Of a stretch of 64,000 bases of DNA, positions 33,653 to 46,410 are shown one piece after another. Below the pieces are notes generated by a model. It searched no databases and was not told the DNA's origin. It saw nothing but the letters and a program-made list of their open reading frames with translations. The position numbers were made by a program, and so were the translations under genes. Position 1 is the first letter of the stretch. Each line of letters starts with the position of its first letter. The stretch is from Zancudomyces culisetae HAW-14-8 (lineage: Eukaryota; Fungi; Kickxellomycota): the NCBI GenBank assembly GCA_052426225.1, contig JBNJNM010000009.1, positions 744,001-808,000 of the forward strand. Direction: 5' to 3'.

Positions 33653-36600
33653 ATGAAAAATAAGAGCAATATAACTTACAGTACGATGAGTACTACAAAC
33701 AACAGCAACAGTCTTTTCAACAAACTTCCACCAACTATCTTATCAACCATATTCGTGATTGCCAGGAACCCTCAAATATCACTCTTGAACAAAAACATGC
33801 ATTATGCCTCACAACAAGTAGACACTATTAGCAAGTAATAATACAATATGTATTATCCAACACGGAAAGTGATCTTGAGTCAATTTTAAAGGGTATATTC
33901 GATAAATACACCAGAATTAATATGGATGAAACAGTTGGGATGGCGGTATTGAGAAAAATCAAGAACTTGAGCTACAATCTTTCTTTAAATATGGCAGTAA
34001 AATACCATTGGAAAAATATGATCAATAAATTGCTCAAAATGTATGTGGTAATTGATAAGAACACTTCAACGATTGTATATAGAGGTAATTTATTTATGAA
34101 AGAGGGTGAATACCTAGATATTGATATTGATAATTTTTTATCAGAAAAGAACACAGCACAACGAGAGATAGAAGACATCAAAATATCTGAATCCCTCTAT
34201 TTAAAGCCACTATTCGCTACAAGTTGGATACACCCAAAATGGGTATATCGTTTTGAATTCAATTACTGGGTTAGAGTAAATGGAAAAGAGGCGGTTGAAG
34301 TGTTAATAGATGTTTGTAATAGTAAAATTGAAATTCCTACTGAAGTAACAGGATCCGTTGGAGTGGATATTAGATTTATTGACAGCAAGCCTATTGTTTA
34401 TTGTCTATTGAAATTAATTGATATATGCTGTGAATTGAACAGCCTTGCATTGGTGAAACGAATTTTAGAATTAAAGATCAACACAAACTTTCCATATGAG
34501 GAGTTTAAATCATTATGCGGTTATTACTTTCTATTTAAACATGGAATGCAATCGAATTTTATAGAGAGGTATGGATACAAATCTAAAATGAAGTTGTTCA
34601 CTTTTATTTTATTTTCGTACTATTCAATTGACCGCAATAGGAAAGAATTGACAAAATTCCTTGGTGATAACTATCCAGGTATCACATATCAACAAGTATT
34701 ATTCGATTCGGCAGTTTATCATAAAAAGGAGAGCATTGTGCAAGAACATTTTTTTAAAGTGGAAACAAACTCGGAAAATATTAGAAAAATGACAGACCTG
34801 GCATATACTCGTAATAATATCGAGCTCATAAGGCTACTATTGGACAATTGTGATAAACTGAAGGGGGAGTTGGATGAAAATGCACTTAAAACAGCTATAA
34901 GAAAGAAAGACTATGAACTAGCGCAGGAAATTATCACCAAATATCCTAATACTGTGAGTGTTTCTTGTCTAGAGGAAGCAGTGAAAAACAAAGATATGGA
35001 TATGGTGTGGTTGTTAATAGAAAATGGTGCATCGGTTGAACTAGTGGATCAAGTTGTTATTGAAAATTTGTTACGTATTATTAATCATGAAATAGCAGAT
35101 CGAATATTAGAGCTCATAGATGTTAAGAAAGAAAAAGAATACTCATATCATAATGACACTACTGTGGTGACAATGAAATTTAATAAAACGATGCTGTGTC
35201 TTATTTGGATTATTCATATTTATGATCTATACGATATCGTCGATGATGCTATTGAGTTTGAGGAGTTTCATGAACATTTGGATTTGTACGAGAATATCTT
35301 GGTAATTGCCAATTTAAAAAAAAAAAACATCACCGAGGCTTTTGATACTTGTTATACATGCTTTCATGTTTTGGAACTTATATTCGAACAACGTATAGCT
35401 GATTTCTGTAAAGTTCTTAACTTTATTATGTCTTATATTGACAACGACGTGAAAGTTACATTCAGCGACACTAAACAACATGAGCCTAATGAATTCAGGC
35501 ACGAAGAAGATACAGTAGTGTCAAATGGCATACATTACGAACTAGCAAAATCAGAATTTGTAAACAGAAACTTTGAAGTGTTAAAGTTATTAATAGATTA
35601 TGGAATAAATATTAATTGTGGTAATAGTCTGATATTGAAGACAGCATACAAAGCAGGTGATATTGGTTGGATCGATTACTTTATCAGCAAAGGTGCAAAG
35701 TTTAATGAAGAGTCAGATGGATTTGATGAAGCATGTAAATCAGATAAAGTAGAAGTATTGGAACACTGGATAAAGAATGGCGGCGTGGTACCCAAAAATC
35801 CGGAATACCCCTGTATTAACATGGCATGTTTACTGGGTAACTTTAAAATGGCTAAATTATTGGTTGAAAATGGAGTTGATCTGAGTGATCCAAAGACGAA
35901 TGGAGTCAGAATTGCATGTAGATTGGGCTTTACAAAAACTTTAAAATATCTTTTGGATAATAATGCTGTGCTGGGAAGAATCTGTAGGTATCAATTAGAG
36001 TATGCATGCTTGACTGAAGACATTGGATTAGTAAAGATAATTCTTGGATATTATGATAATTTAGGAGTACTAGAAAAGAGGGAAACCACAATTTTCAAGG
36101 AAAATGAAGAACCACAAAATGATTCGCTTTTGGATAATGAAAACTCTGGTCATTCTGAAAAATACAAGATTATTAACACTTTACTTGAAACTGGTGAACC
36201 TATTCAGAATAGCGATTTGGTAGATGGGATAAAGGCATCAGCTTCAGTAGCCAACATTGAAATCCTGAAATTGTTATTAACGTACAAAATCAATTACAAT
36301 GGTAATTACAATGATAATTTTGAAATAGATGAAGCTGCCGTACAAACAGGAAATATTGATGTGGTAAAAACCTTTTTGGATAATGGAATAAGTGTTGACG
36401 GTGATGAAGTCGCTCTTGATATAGCTTTTCGTGAAAAAAACACTGAAATGATCAAATTATTACTACGACACGGTGCAAAAGTAAAAAGTGATTCAAATAA
36501 TTTGTGTTTATATTTTGGTGTAATTGACACTGAAACACTGCTACTGATGTTGACTTGCTGTACTGAGCTCAAAGATGATCAACATTTACTTGAATTTGCT

Positions 36601-37014
36601 GTGTGTAAAAATAATCTAGAGGCTGTTAAATTACTATTGAAAGATACCATTTCTTTAAAAGATAGCAAATACAATTTTGTATTCCATGCATGCGAGAACA
36701 ATAATTTGGAAATACTGAAGTTTTTATTTGAAAAGGGAGCAAAAATACAAAAAGGCCGCCTTAGTGGGGTTAACGAAGCTTGCAAGAATAATAATCTGGA
36801 AATGTTGAAACTCTTGTTGGAAAAAGATCCAAATTTAGTGCTAAATGTGGATTATGGACTTAAGGAGGCCACTGATCACAAAAATATGGATATGATCAAA
36901 TTGTTGATAAAGTATGGTGCTGATATAAGTACGCACAGAAAATCAATCATGGAGGTTGCAAGTAACCTAAATAATGATTGCTTAACTGAGTTTTGTCAAA
37001 ATAGGGCGGCCTAA
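33653..37014 (+). CDS. F-box-like/ankyrin paralog copy 3, with one 1-nt frameshift near 33837
   Basis: AAG TA- ATA ATA CAA TAT here vs AAG TAC ATA CTT CAA TAC in copy 2. The rest is open for over 1030 codons, so this is a recent lesion or a sequencing error. Confidence 0.85.
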
Positions 37015-38307
37015 GTTCAAAATTAGACTAGCTAAAGCTGCGTTCGATTTCAGTAAATACAATTGTGATATACAAGTAGTTTACTATCCATGAAATGTAT
37101 TCTGTGTTTGATTTTTTTATATGTATATATCCATAAAGTCAAATTATTATTAAAGTTTCCAGTGTGTTTTAAACAGTATTAAATTTTGAGAGAATGGTGT
37201 TAACAATAGTGTTAGTAGATATTGAATATACGAGTGATAATTCCAATATAGTAGTCACTTTAATAACTTTAACTAGTCGATTCTGAAAAGTGGTAATATT
37301 CTAGTTGCAAGATGACAATTATATCTTAATCTTATTCTGGATTCTGTTTTCTATTCAAAATCTTCACTGGATTAATCAATAAAGATTAATTTGGAAAGCT
37401 TATTCTACACGCTTTCTGTCATCTAGTATAATTCCAAGTACTATTAATCACTAATATTTCATAAGAGTAATAGAATCAATTCAACGTGTATACGGATAAA
37501 TATAGATAAAGTATTTCCAATTCGTTTCTATTTTTTATCTTAAATCTTGTTTAAAAAAAGTCAACCATAATTTTGGTAAAGTAGTAACTATGATGTGCAA
37601 GTGTCAAAGATCAACTAATAATAAAAGATATTATCTCGAAATAGTCTAAAATATATAAAGAAATAAAATAAAGACTATAATATCATGTTGTAACTCTAAA
37701 CATACACGTTTTTATAGAACGAAAAATAACAAGGGTCTATCTACAAAGTCAACAAGAAAATACAGTTATTGAAAGTAAATATGTTTTAATTATACACAGT
37801 CATGTAGAACAAACATCTTTTTAAAGCCACTTTCTTCAATCACTGTACTTCAAACTAAATAACATAAATTGTTTTAATATAATTTCAACATGTCAAATTT
37901 TTCATAAAAATACAATATATCTGCCAAGATTTTGGGAAGCCATCTATATCTTGGAGAACTTTTTGGAGCCAACTGTTCCTGTGTTAACGTAATAATGAAT
38001 CGGGGGTTGCCCTGAACGAAGGCATCATTTTTTGTATCAAGGCCCTGTATTTTTTACTATTTATAACTATAAAATATGTCAATAATAAAAATGTCATATA
38101 AAAGATGTTTAGGACTTGACAGACTCCTAGGCAAAAATATATCATTAATGTTTATTTTTTCGTAAATCGAATTTTTAAAGATATTTTTACATTTCAAGTC
38201 ACAAAGATAGAATTTACATCAACTTGTTGTGTGTTTAAACTTGGTTTAAAAAATTAAATATAAACTGAACCAGCTACAAATCAAAGGGTTTTTGCAAAAC
38301 AATTCAA

Positions 38308-40663
38308 CTAAAGTGGAGTGGAATTATGATCATTAAATTGGATTGACAACATATTGAACAACGAAAACATGGCTGCATACAGAGTTACTGGACTGTTAAA
38401 GTTTGTGTAAATAAGCTGAGACTGTTCCAAGGTCAGCTTTCCTAGGATCCTTGGTTTTATACTTTTAAATATATTTTTGTTTAGCTGAGGCATTTTTCCA
38501 TTATCTTTATCAGCCAAATTTTTATAGTTATATTTAAATAAATTGAAACCCAATTCCTCCTTTTCCTTTGTGCTAGTTGTTGAAATCTTGGATAAATCTT
38601 CGAAATGACTTAAATTGGTGCTACCATTTGATGGGTCTATAATCTCGCTCAAGTTCAGCTCCGCATAAAAGTTAAATGATAACATTTTGTTTATATTTGC
38701 AAAGTATGAGACGACGCAGCAAAAGTAGCTACTGAGACTGGTGGTCAGCGGTAAAAACCATGGGTAGATATCGCCTGTAGTTATCGATATTTTGATAGGA
38801 ATTGATGAGACCTTTTTAGTATCAGAATTGGTTTTTACTAAAGCTGTTTTGATTTGTAAAACATAACTGAGTACTAGTAAACAGAAATTAATGCTAGAAT
38901 CGGAGACAGCTCTTTTCTCGATAATTGCAGTTACAAAGTTTAGTCCATCGTTGACCAAATTTATTTTTGGATAATCTTCAATACTTGCAACATTTATAAG
39001 AACAACTCCCACTTTTACAAGCACAAAAAGTATTCGAAAATCCCAATATTGAGTTGGGATATTGTAAAATCCCCATTTAAAACAGTTAATTATATCTAGG
39101 GCGTTACCAATACACAGCTTTTTGGAGAGCAGGACACGCCATGGCTGGTCCGCCAGCTTTTCACAATGGGCCACATCAGAAATCGCCATCATCAATCTCG
39201 TTTCTTTGATTTCAATGAAACGATACCACATTTCCACAACCATTTTTTGAACTCTAGTAATATCCATATATTGAATGTATGAATGTTCCAAAAGATTGAG
39301 GTTTTTTATGTTTGTTGAAATCATTTTTTGGACATCTATAACCACATTGTTTATTCGCTGCTCAATCGAAATAAACTGTTTTAAATTTCTTGAAGGGTCT
39401 TTTTTTAAACATCTCTCTCTTCGAGATAGATAGTGGCTGGCCGAAATTTGAATCTTAAGAAGGCTTATTTTAATATGATGAATATTTGTTTCTATCTGCC
39501 TCGATTGGATTTTTGGAATCAGCAAACTACATTTGAGAGAATTTGCCTCAACATCATCACCATATGCTTCTGTCCCAAATGACCAAATATTTTCATTTGA
39601 TGGAGGATGTGGGAGTACGTCGACTTGTCCACATTTTAGTACATCTCCATTAAATTTAGTCTCAAAACAACAAAATTGATAGATCATCCACCAGAGCCTC
39701 CGTTTATATTCTAGTACGCATTTTCGTTTATCTGTGGCCACGTGCATCAGTTCATCTACTCTGTTTAATTTTAAAATGACTGCCTCCCTAGCAAATAAAT
39801 ACGAAATACGTTTTTATGATTAAATTTACACACCAATCGTGACATCAATACTATATAAACTATGTTTAAAGACTTACCTAGTTGCTATCTCTAAGAGTGT
39901 ATAGGTAACCGTATGATATTTGGAGGTTTAGCACAAAGCTTACAAAAGATAAATTATTATAACACAAGTACAAATACAAGAAATTCGGATTAAAAGACTT
40001 ACCAAATAATTTTGAAAATTTGGCTCCACCGCTCAGTTTGGACATATACCTAACAACGCTAGCCTTTAGCCAAATATAAATGGGTTTTGGCTTAAATTGG
40101 TTTTTATATATCTTTTCCAATACGTAGTCAAACATTTTTTGTTTGATTTCTGGGGTAACATCCTTTAAGAGATGAGTGTGTTGATTAATAGAACTAGAAA
40201 ACAACACCAACATGTATAAAACGTGTTTCGGAACACGATGAAATTTCAAGTTTTTTTGAAGAACTGATAAACGTACAGGGAGAGCCAAGTCAGCAAACGA
40301 AAAATAAAACGCATAGAGAGAGGTTGAGGCAATTTTAATCAACTTGTTTGTCTTGATTTTTAGATAAGAATCGTACAGCTTTAGCTCGGATTTTACCTCG
40401 GTAGGGATCTCATGGATGAGTACATACTCGTACCTTTCTTCGAAATATTTTTCCACTACGCGTTCGTGAAGTTCATTACTTTTTTTTTTGTACTGGAAAA
40501 AGTTTGAAGTTAGTAGTTTGGTTACAAGAACACTATCTTTTTGAAGCCTATGCACAATGCCTTTAATACGCTTGTATTTATTCCGGTTGATTTTTCCTGA
40601 GGTAGATACCCCGGGTTTCTTTTGTGATCCAGAGCTATCCGGCTTTTTTCCACTTTTTTTCAT
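38308..40663 (-). CDS. Fungal_trans-domain transcription-factor-like protein; exons 40663-40003, 39890-39878, 39787-38308
   Basis: The spliced frame is 2154 nt and reads FEIATREAVILKLNRVD...EYKRRLWWMIY, the middle-homology motif. Confidence 0.75.
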
Positions 40664-41457
40664 TGGAATATAACGTTGAATTTTTTTTTTCTCGTATAGA
40701 TTCTATATAAAATAGCTAACAAAGGCTGAATAGGTGTTTTAAATCTAATGGTATAGGGCTGTTCAATCTATTCGAGATGTTCTTTTTAATACCAAATAGT
40801 CGTACTGATTAAAAAATTTTGAGTGTAGAGTAAAAGTTACCGCAAAGTGTATTAATCAAGATTCTCGATTATGATTTAAATAAAGATTCCACCGAAATTG
40901 GATTTTCAACAGCTAGTTTGAAAATTGTGCATCTGTTGTTTTGAACTGGATCTGGCGAAATTAGCAATAAGTAATTCCCAAGCTTTAAAAATGTTGTGAC
41001 TTTGCCCACTTGATTCTCCAATTTCCACACTATTTATAGAAACACAAAAAAAAGATTTTCACTGTTTTACAACTTGGTAGTAAAAGTAAACCTCCTAAAA
41101 AGGCTTAACAAAAGTGGGCTTATTGTGGCTAGAAGATTTCGCAGAAATCTGTAGCCCAACAAAGGTAGAAGAGGTTTTTTTTTGTAAACTGTACAGTAAC
41201 AATTAGAGGACTGGCTGCCGCTGGGTATTATCGGCCACCTTTGTAGTGTAAGTTTACAGCTATTTTCTTCAATGTAGTGAGATAGTTGGCAAGATCATAA
41301 GCCAAAGGCCCAGATAAAACAAAAACCTACCTGCTCATTACAAAACATCATTATGGATATCTTTCTTTTGTTTGGTGATAGTAGGAAAGGTCGTTGAATT
41401 GTATAGACATTATATATCGACACATTTCAAAATGATGCAAATGTGTGTATCCACGTA

Positions 41458-41492
41458 CACATACACATACACATACACATTGACATACACAT
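41458..41492. repeat. (CATACA)n microsatellite
   Basis: Read directly; about 5 imperfect units. Confidence 0.75.
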
Positions 41493-42047
41493 GATCTCGC
41501 GTGTTTGGCTATTTCAGACCTTTTTATGTCTCGATTTTATTCCTTAGCTATTAAGTGCCAATAAGCTAGAAGTTTTTTTTTAGTGTTTGCTTACCCGATT
41601 ATGTAAGCGTGGTAATAAAACCATACGTCATGATTTCGAAAATCGATTCACAGAAGAACCTACATTAGGTTAATCATTTATGAATCTAGACCCAGTTTTA
41701 AATGCTAAAAGCTGACTGAATGTGAATATCTCCATAAAAAAAACAGTTGGGAACTAAAGGGCGGACGGACATAAACGAATCTAAAAATCTGGTCGTATAA
41801 ACACAAAGTTAGATTGGTAGAATTCAGCAATTTTAACAGTCTAGCTTAGCTCCCCTGCTTACGCATCCAAAGCTAAACTATCGCAGATTTATGTATAATA
41901 AACATCGGCACCATAAACGAGAGAAAGCACGAGATTAATAAAATGACAAATTGTAATTGCGAATACAAGATAATTATCTGTATTACAAAAAGATAGACTT
42001 GGTGATAACAAAAAAAGTAAAAAAGCAACTAAGCAAGAGCCAAAGGA

Positions 42048-44093
42048 TTAGTCAGTCAAGTTTCTGAACCTTTCTTCCATCTTTTTATACAACAACGAGA
42101 ACTTTTCAACCAAAGCAGCCTCACCTTCGCTTGGCTCCTCAAATTTCATACTGCTCAGGGCGTAGATTAGATCCTTGAGATTGTCAACAATTGAATCATA
42201 GCTGACTCTCCCATTAGTGGTTTCTATGGTATGGATGGCAAGGGTGTAAAACTTAACAATCAGTTTCATCATCCAAACGGTTTTGTAGAAGGGGCAGTAC
42301 TTGTCATATGAAGAATAGCCGTTTTGTTGCAAAAAGTCTTCTTTAATGATTTTGGAAGTCAAGAGAGCAACCTTGTCGACTTCGGCGAGCGAAGACTTGC
42401 CAACAAGCTGAACAATCTCGGCTAAATCTTCGTCAACCTGCAGAATCTGACGGATCCTTGTCCTCAGCTCAACAAATTCAGGGTCTACAGACTCGTAGTA
42501 TGGTTCCAGAGCATTGAGATATTTACTATACGAGATGTTCCAATTGATCGATGGGAAGTGTTTGCGTTGAGCCAGCTTTTTATCCAACCCCCAAAAGACT
42601 TGGACTATTCCCAACGTAGCAGCAGTCACAGGGTCAGAGAAATCTCCTCCTGGTGGCGATACCGCACCAACAACAGACACACTTCCAACTCTGCCTGGAC
42701 TGCCTAAACACTGCACTTTACCTGCACGCTCGTAAAACGACGCTAGTCTTGCACCCAAATATGCTGGATATCCACTGTCTGCTGGCATCTCGGCAAGTCG
42801 ACCACTGATTTCTCTCAACGCCTCGGCCCACCGGGAAGTTGAATCGGCCATCATAGCTACGTTTTTACCCATATCTCTAAAGTACTCACTCACAGTAATT
42901 CCTGTATAGATAGACGCCTCTCTTGCTGCAACAGGCATATTTGATGTGTTTGCTATCAGTGCCGTTCTTTGCATAATCCCTTCCTGTCTCCCATCAATTT
43001 CTATCTTGAGCTCTGGGAACTCCATCAACACTTCTGCCATCTCGTTTCCTCGTTCTCCGCATCCCACATACACTATAAGATCGCTGTTACTGTATTTACT
43101 CAGTGACTGCGAAATCACCGTCTTTCCACATCCAAACGCCCCTGGAACTGCCGTCGTTCCTCCTTGCACACATGGGAACAGCCCATCCAACACTCGCTGC
43201 CCTGTAAGCAATGGGTAGTCTGCTGCTAGTTTCTCCGCACATGGCCGTGGCAATCGTACCGGCCATATTTGCTTCATTGTGTGTTTTTCAATATGTCCCT
43301 CGAACTCTGTCTCCAGCACCACCTCCTCCAAACTATACCGCCCCTCTGGTGCCACATATTTTACTGTCCCCCGTGCTCCAGGTCCCATCATAATTGCATG
43401 CTTATCAAACAGTGAGTTTTCATGCACATATCCGAATATATCTCCCCCACTCAAGTGCAGACCCTCATCCAATCCCTTTACTGGATTAAACTCCCACTGC
43501 TTCTTCCTATCTAATGCCTCTACGCTTATTCCTCTGGGTATATATATGCTCCCCGTTACACGCTCAATCATCTGCAAAGGTCTTTGGATTCCATCAAATA
43601 TGTTTCCACATAACCCTGGCCCAAGCTCAACAGAAAGTGGTTTGCCCGATCCCACCACTGGATCTCCAACCTTCAGCCCTGCTGTCTCCTCATACACTTG
43701 GATTGTTACTTTGTCCCCCTCTATCCTAATTACCTCCCCCACCACCATCTCGTGTCCCACTTTTACCAACTCATACATCGCTGAACCCGTCATATTCTCC
43801 GCTATAACAACTATTTGTTTGCATTTTGTAGATTTTACTATAACTCCCCGTTTTTTTTATGACTATTCCCTTCTTCCACCTCCCTCATTAATAATTAATT
43901 CCCCTAAAAATATCTCTTGGTATTTTACCTGGTCCTGAGACCGAGAATATGCTACCATATCTCTCCTCTCTCTCTTCATCTTGATCAATCCTCTTTAATT
44001 CTCTTTTTGCCAATTCTATTCCGCCTGTCTATTTGTGTTTGCATACTTTCTGTTAATACTGTATCTTTTCTGCATATTTTATATACCTACCAT
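42048..44093 (-). CDS. VMA1: V-ATPase catalytic subunit A; exons 44093-44091 (ATG only), 44028-43929, 43810-42048
   Basis: [13 protein letters not shown]-loop [27 protein letters not shown]; GT-AG introns in compatible phase. Confidence 0.98.
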
Positions 44094-44854
44094 TATATTT
44101 GTTCGCTCAATATCTTTACAATTGTCAACTTTATATATATGCAATGTACACAGTCGTGGTAATTATTTGTAGTTCCTCCTCTTGATTTCAATCTATGTAC
44201 CTGTACTTTAATTTCGCTTTAAAACACTATTTTGGGTTGTTTCAAATTTGCACTTCATTAGTGCTGTATTTCAATTTCGAATTTCTGTTTCTTTGTTTTT
44301 CATTTTTCCCCTCCACATTCCAGCCAATTAGCTATTTCTTTTAATCAAATATTAAGCTTTACCAATTCCAGCCAATGGTGTATAGATAAACTATCACTTG
44401 CCACAGAAAAAGTATTTCAAATGAGCTAACATTTGCAAACAAAGTACACCACATGCATTTTTAGCTAATCCTTTTATTTTTTCCCCCTCCTCACCCTCCC
44501 CCTTGCCCACAAGTTTCCGCAATCTACAAAAAAAGTATGCCTTTTTTGCAAACTCAATCTCTATTCATGCTTTAGGAAATCTTGTAGCGTTATTATTAAG
44601 CAAATAAATAAATAAAAAATTTTTTTACGCTAATTATGAGTTATTAAAGAAAAAATTTCCATTAACCCACTAAAAACCATCCTAAGAAGTGCTTAATTGA
44701 ATTTTTTTAGTACTATTTCTTGACCTTAGCATAAAAACAAAGATACTCATTTTTTTCAATCAGGAGGTGGAGATATCCTGTAATGCTCACCTCCTTCTAC
44801 ATTATTATCAACACACTTATAACAAAACGCAGCTCAAAATAAACAAACACGAAA

Positions 44855-45244
44855 ATGTCTGTGTACGACGAAGTTGAAATCGAGGACATGGAATTCGATG
44901 AAGATTTGCAAATGTTCTACTATCCCTGTCCTTGTGGCGACAGGTTTCAAATTTCACTAGTAAGTGCGCTCCCCTGTCATTTTGCCTTTCGGTTTTGAGC
45001 CTTTGTACCCGTTCGATAGTTTATCTCACATTTGGACTCGCCTTTATTTCTTAAATAACCCATTAGCTAATTATATCAATATTATTGTGTTGATTAGGAG
45101 GAGATAAATAGTGGTGAGGATATCGCTAGCTGTCCCAGTTGTTCTCTACTATTAAAAGTTATCTACGATCCTGAAGACTTTTGCGATTCGGATAATGACG
45201 ATGATGCCGTCTCAGTCGATGGAGAATTGGTAGCATGCATGTAA
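44855..45244 (+). CDS. DPH3: Diphthamide biosynthesis protein 3 (CSL zinc ribbon); intron 44960-45097; missed by the ORF track
   Basis: [12 protein letters not shown]...[14 protein letters not shown]|[24 protein letters not shown]; 83 aa. Confidence 0.96.
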
Positions 45245-46410
45245 AACGAAACACTACCCACACCCGTACATAAACTATACGGCAGGTTTGGTTTATGTTT
45301 TTTTGTTATCTGCTCTCGTGTAAATAGAATATCTTCTCGGCCTTTGTTTTGTTTTTTTATTGTTTCTGACTTTTTCCTGTTTGTATTTGGCTACATTATA
45401 GCTTTTTTTTGTAGAATTTATTTTTTGAAGACTTTTTATTAGACAATAAAGGTACTTCACAAAATGCAAAACGCCTCATGAGCTATTATTACTCAAAATT
45501 CTCATCTATGCGTAACCACCATTATACAGTCTCTATTCAAAGTAACCCATATTTGTATTTGCGACTTTGGTAAAAACAGTAGTCAAATGTTTGAAACTAA
45601 TGAACTATAAAATGGAGGTGACTGTTTAAAAGAGAACAACAACCAACTCTGTGTGTCTTTAGATCACAATCAAGAAGGCAGGAGCTTAGCTGTTAAATAA
45701 ATCTAATTATCTGGCTTTACTTGATTTTAGTGCCAGATATGAACTTGAACATTATCTATGAACACATTTATTTCTCTTATTTCTACAATCTTTGCAAACT
45801 CTACCAATTAGACAAATTAGTTCTTTTATCTTAGCAACCGCATTAATTATCCAAGTTTAGATTTGCTTTTGCGATTATACAATGGTAACAGAAGTCTTGT
45901 AAATAGTTCAAGATCCTTTGTTTAATGTAACCCGAGCAATCAATGCTGCGTCCCCAACAAAATAATCGAACCCAAAACAAAGTGAATAGATAGCGACTTG
46001 GTTACTGTGCTTCTGAAACCTAAGCAAATTGAATTCACATCCGCATTTTGTTTTTGGATTGCTCCATAAGTTCAACACCCACATCTTCCATACACTGCCC
46101 CCCTCCCCTAGCGCTATTTCAAACTGTCCTAATTTTGTAAATGACATAACTCAAACTTTCAATTACATAGTTTTGAAACACTACAGGCTAAATGTGATTC
46201 AATGGGAACATACCAAATACATTAGCATAGAATAAATTTAAACAACTTCTTATTTTGAAAAGTAAAAGAAGCAAAATATGTCCAATAATGGCAAATGTGA
46301 AATACGTAAACTTTTTTTATTAGTGACATTTGCTATGCTAACAAATGTCATTTTACATTCACCCCCCTTAATTGATCTAATTATATTGGCGGGAATTTAT
46401 TGATTTTGAT

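Noticed and set aside
43040-43080. VDE-type intein in VMA1
   Set aside because: The insertion site [11 protein letters not shown] is uninterrupted and the protein is normal length.
45333-45347. U2 snRNA-like 5' sequence CTTCTCGGCCTTT (a weaker one lies near 41290-41315)
   Set aside because: No following GTGTAGTA branch-pairing region or Sm site.
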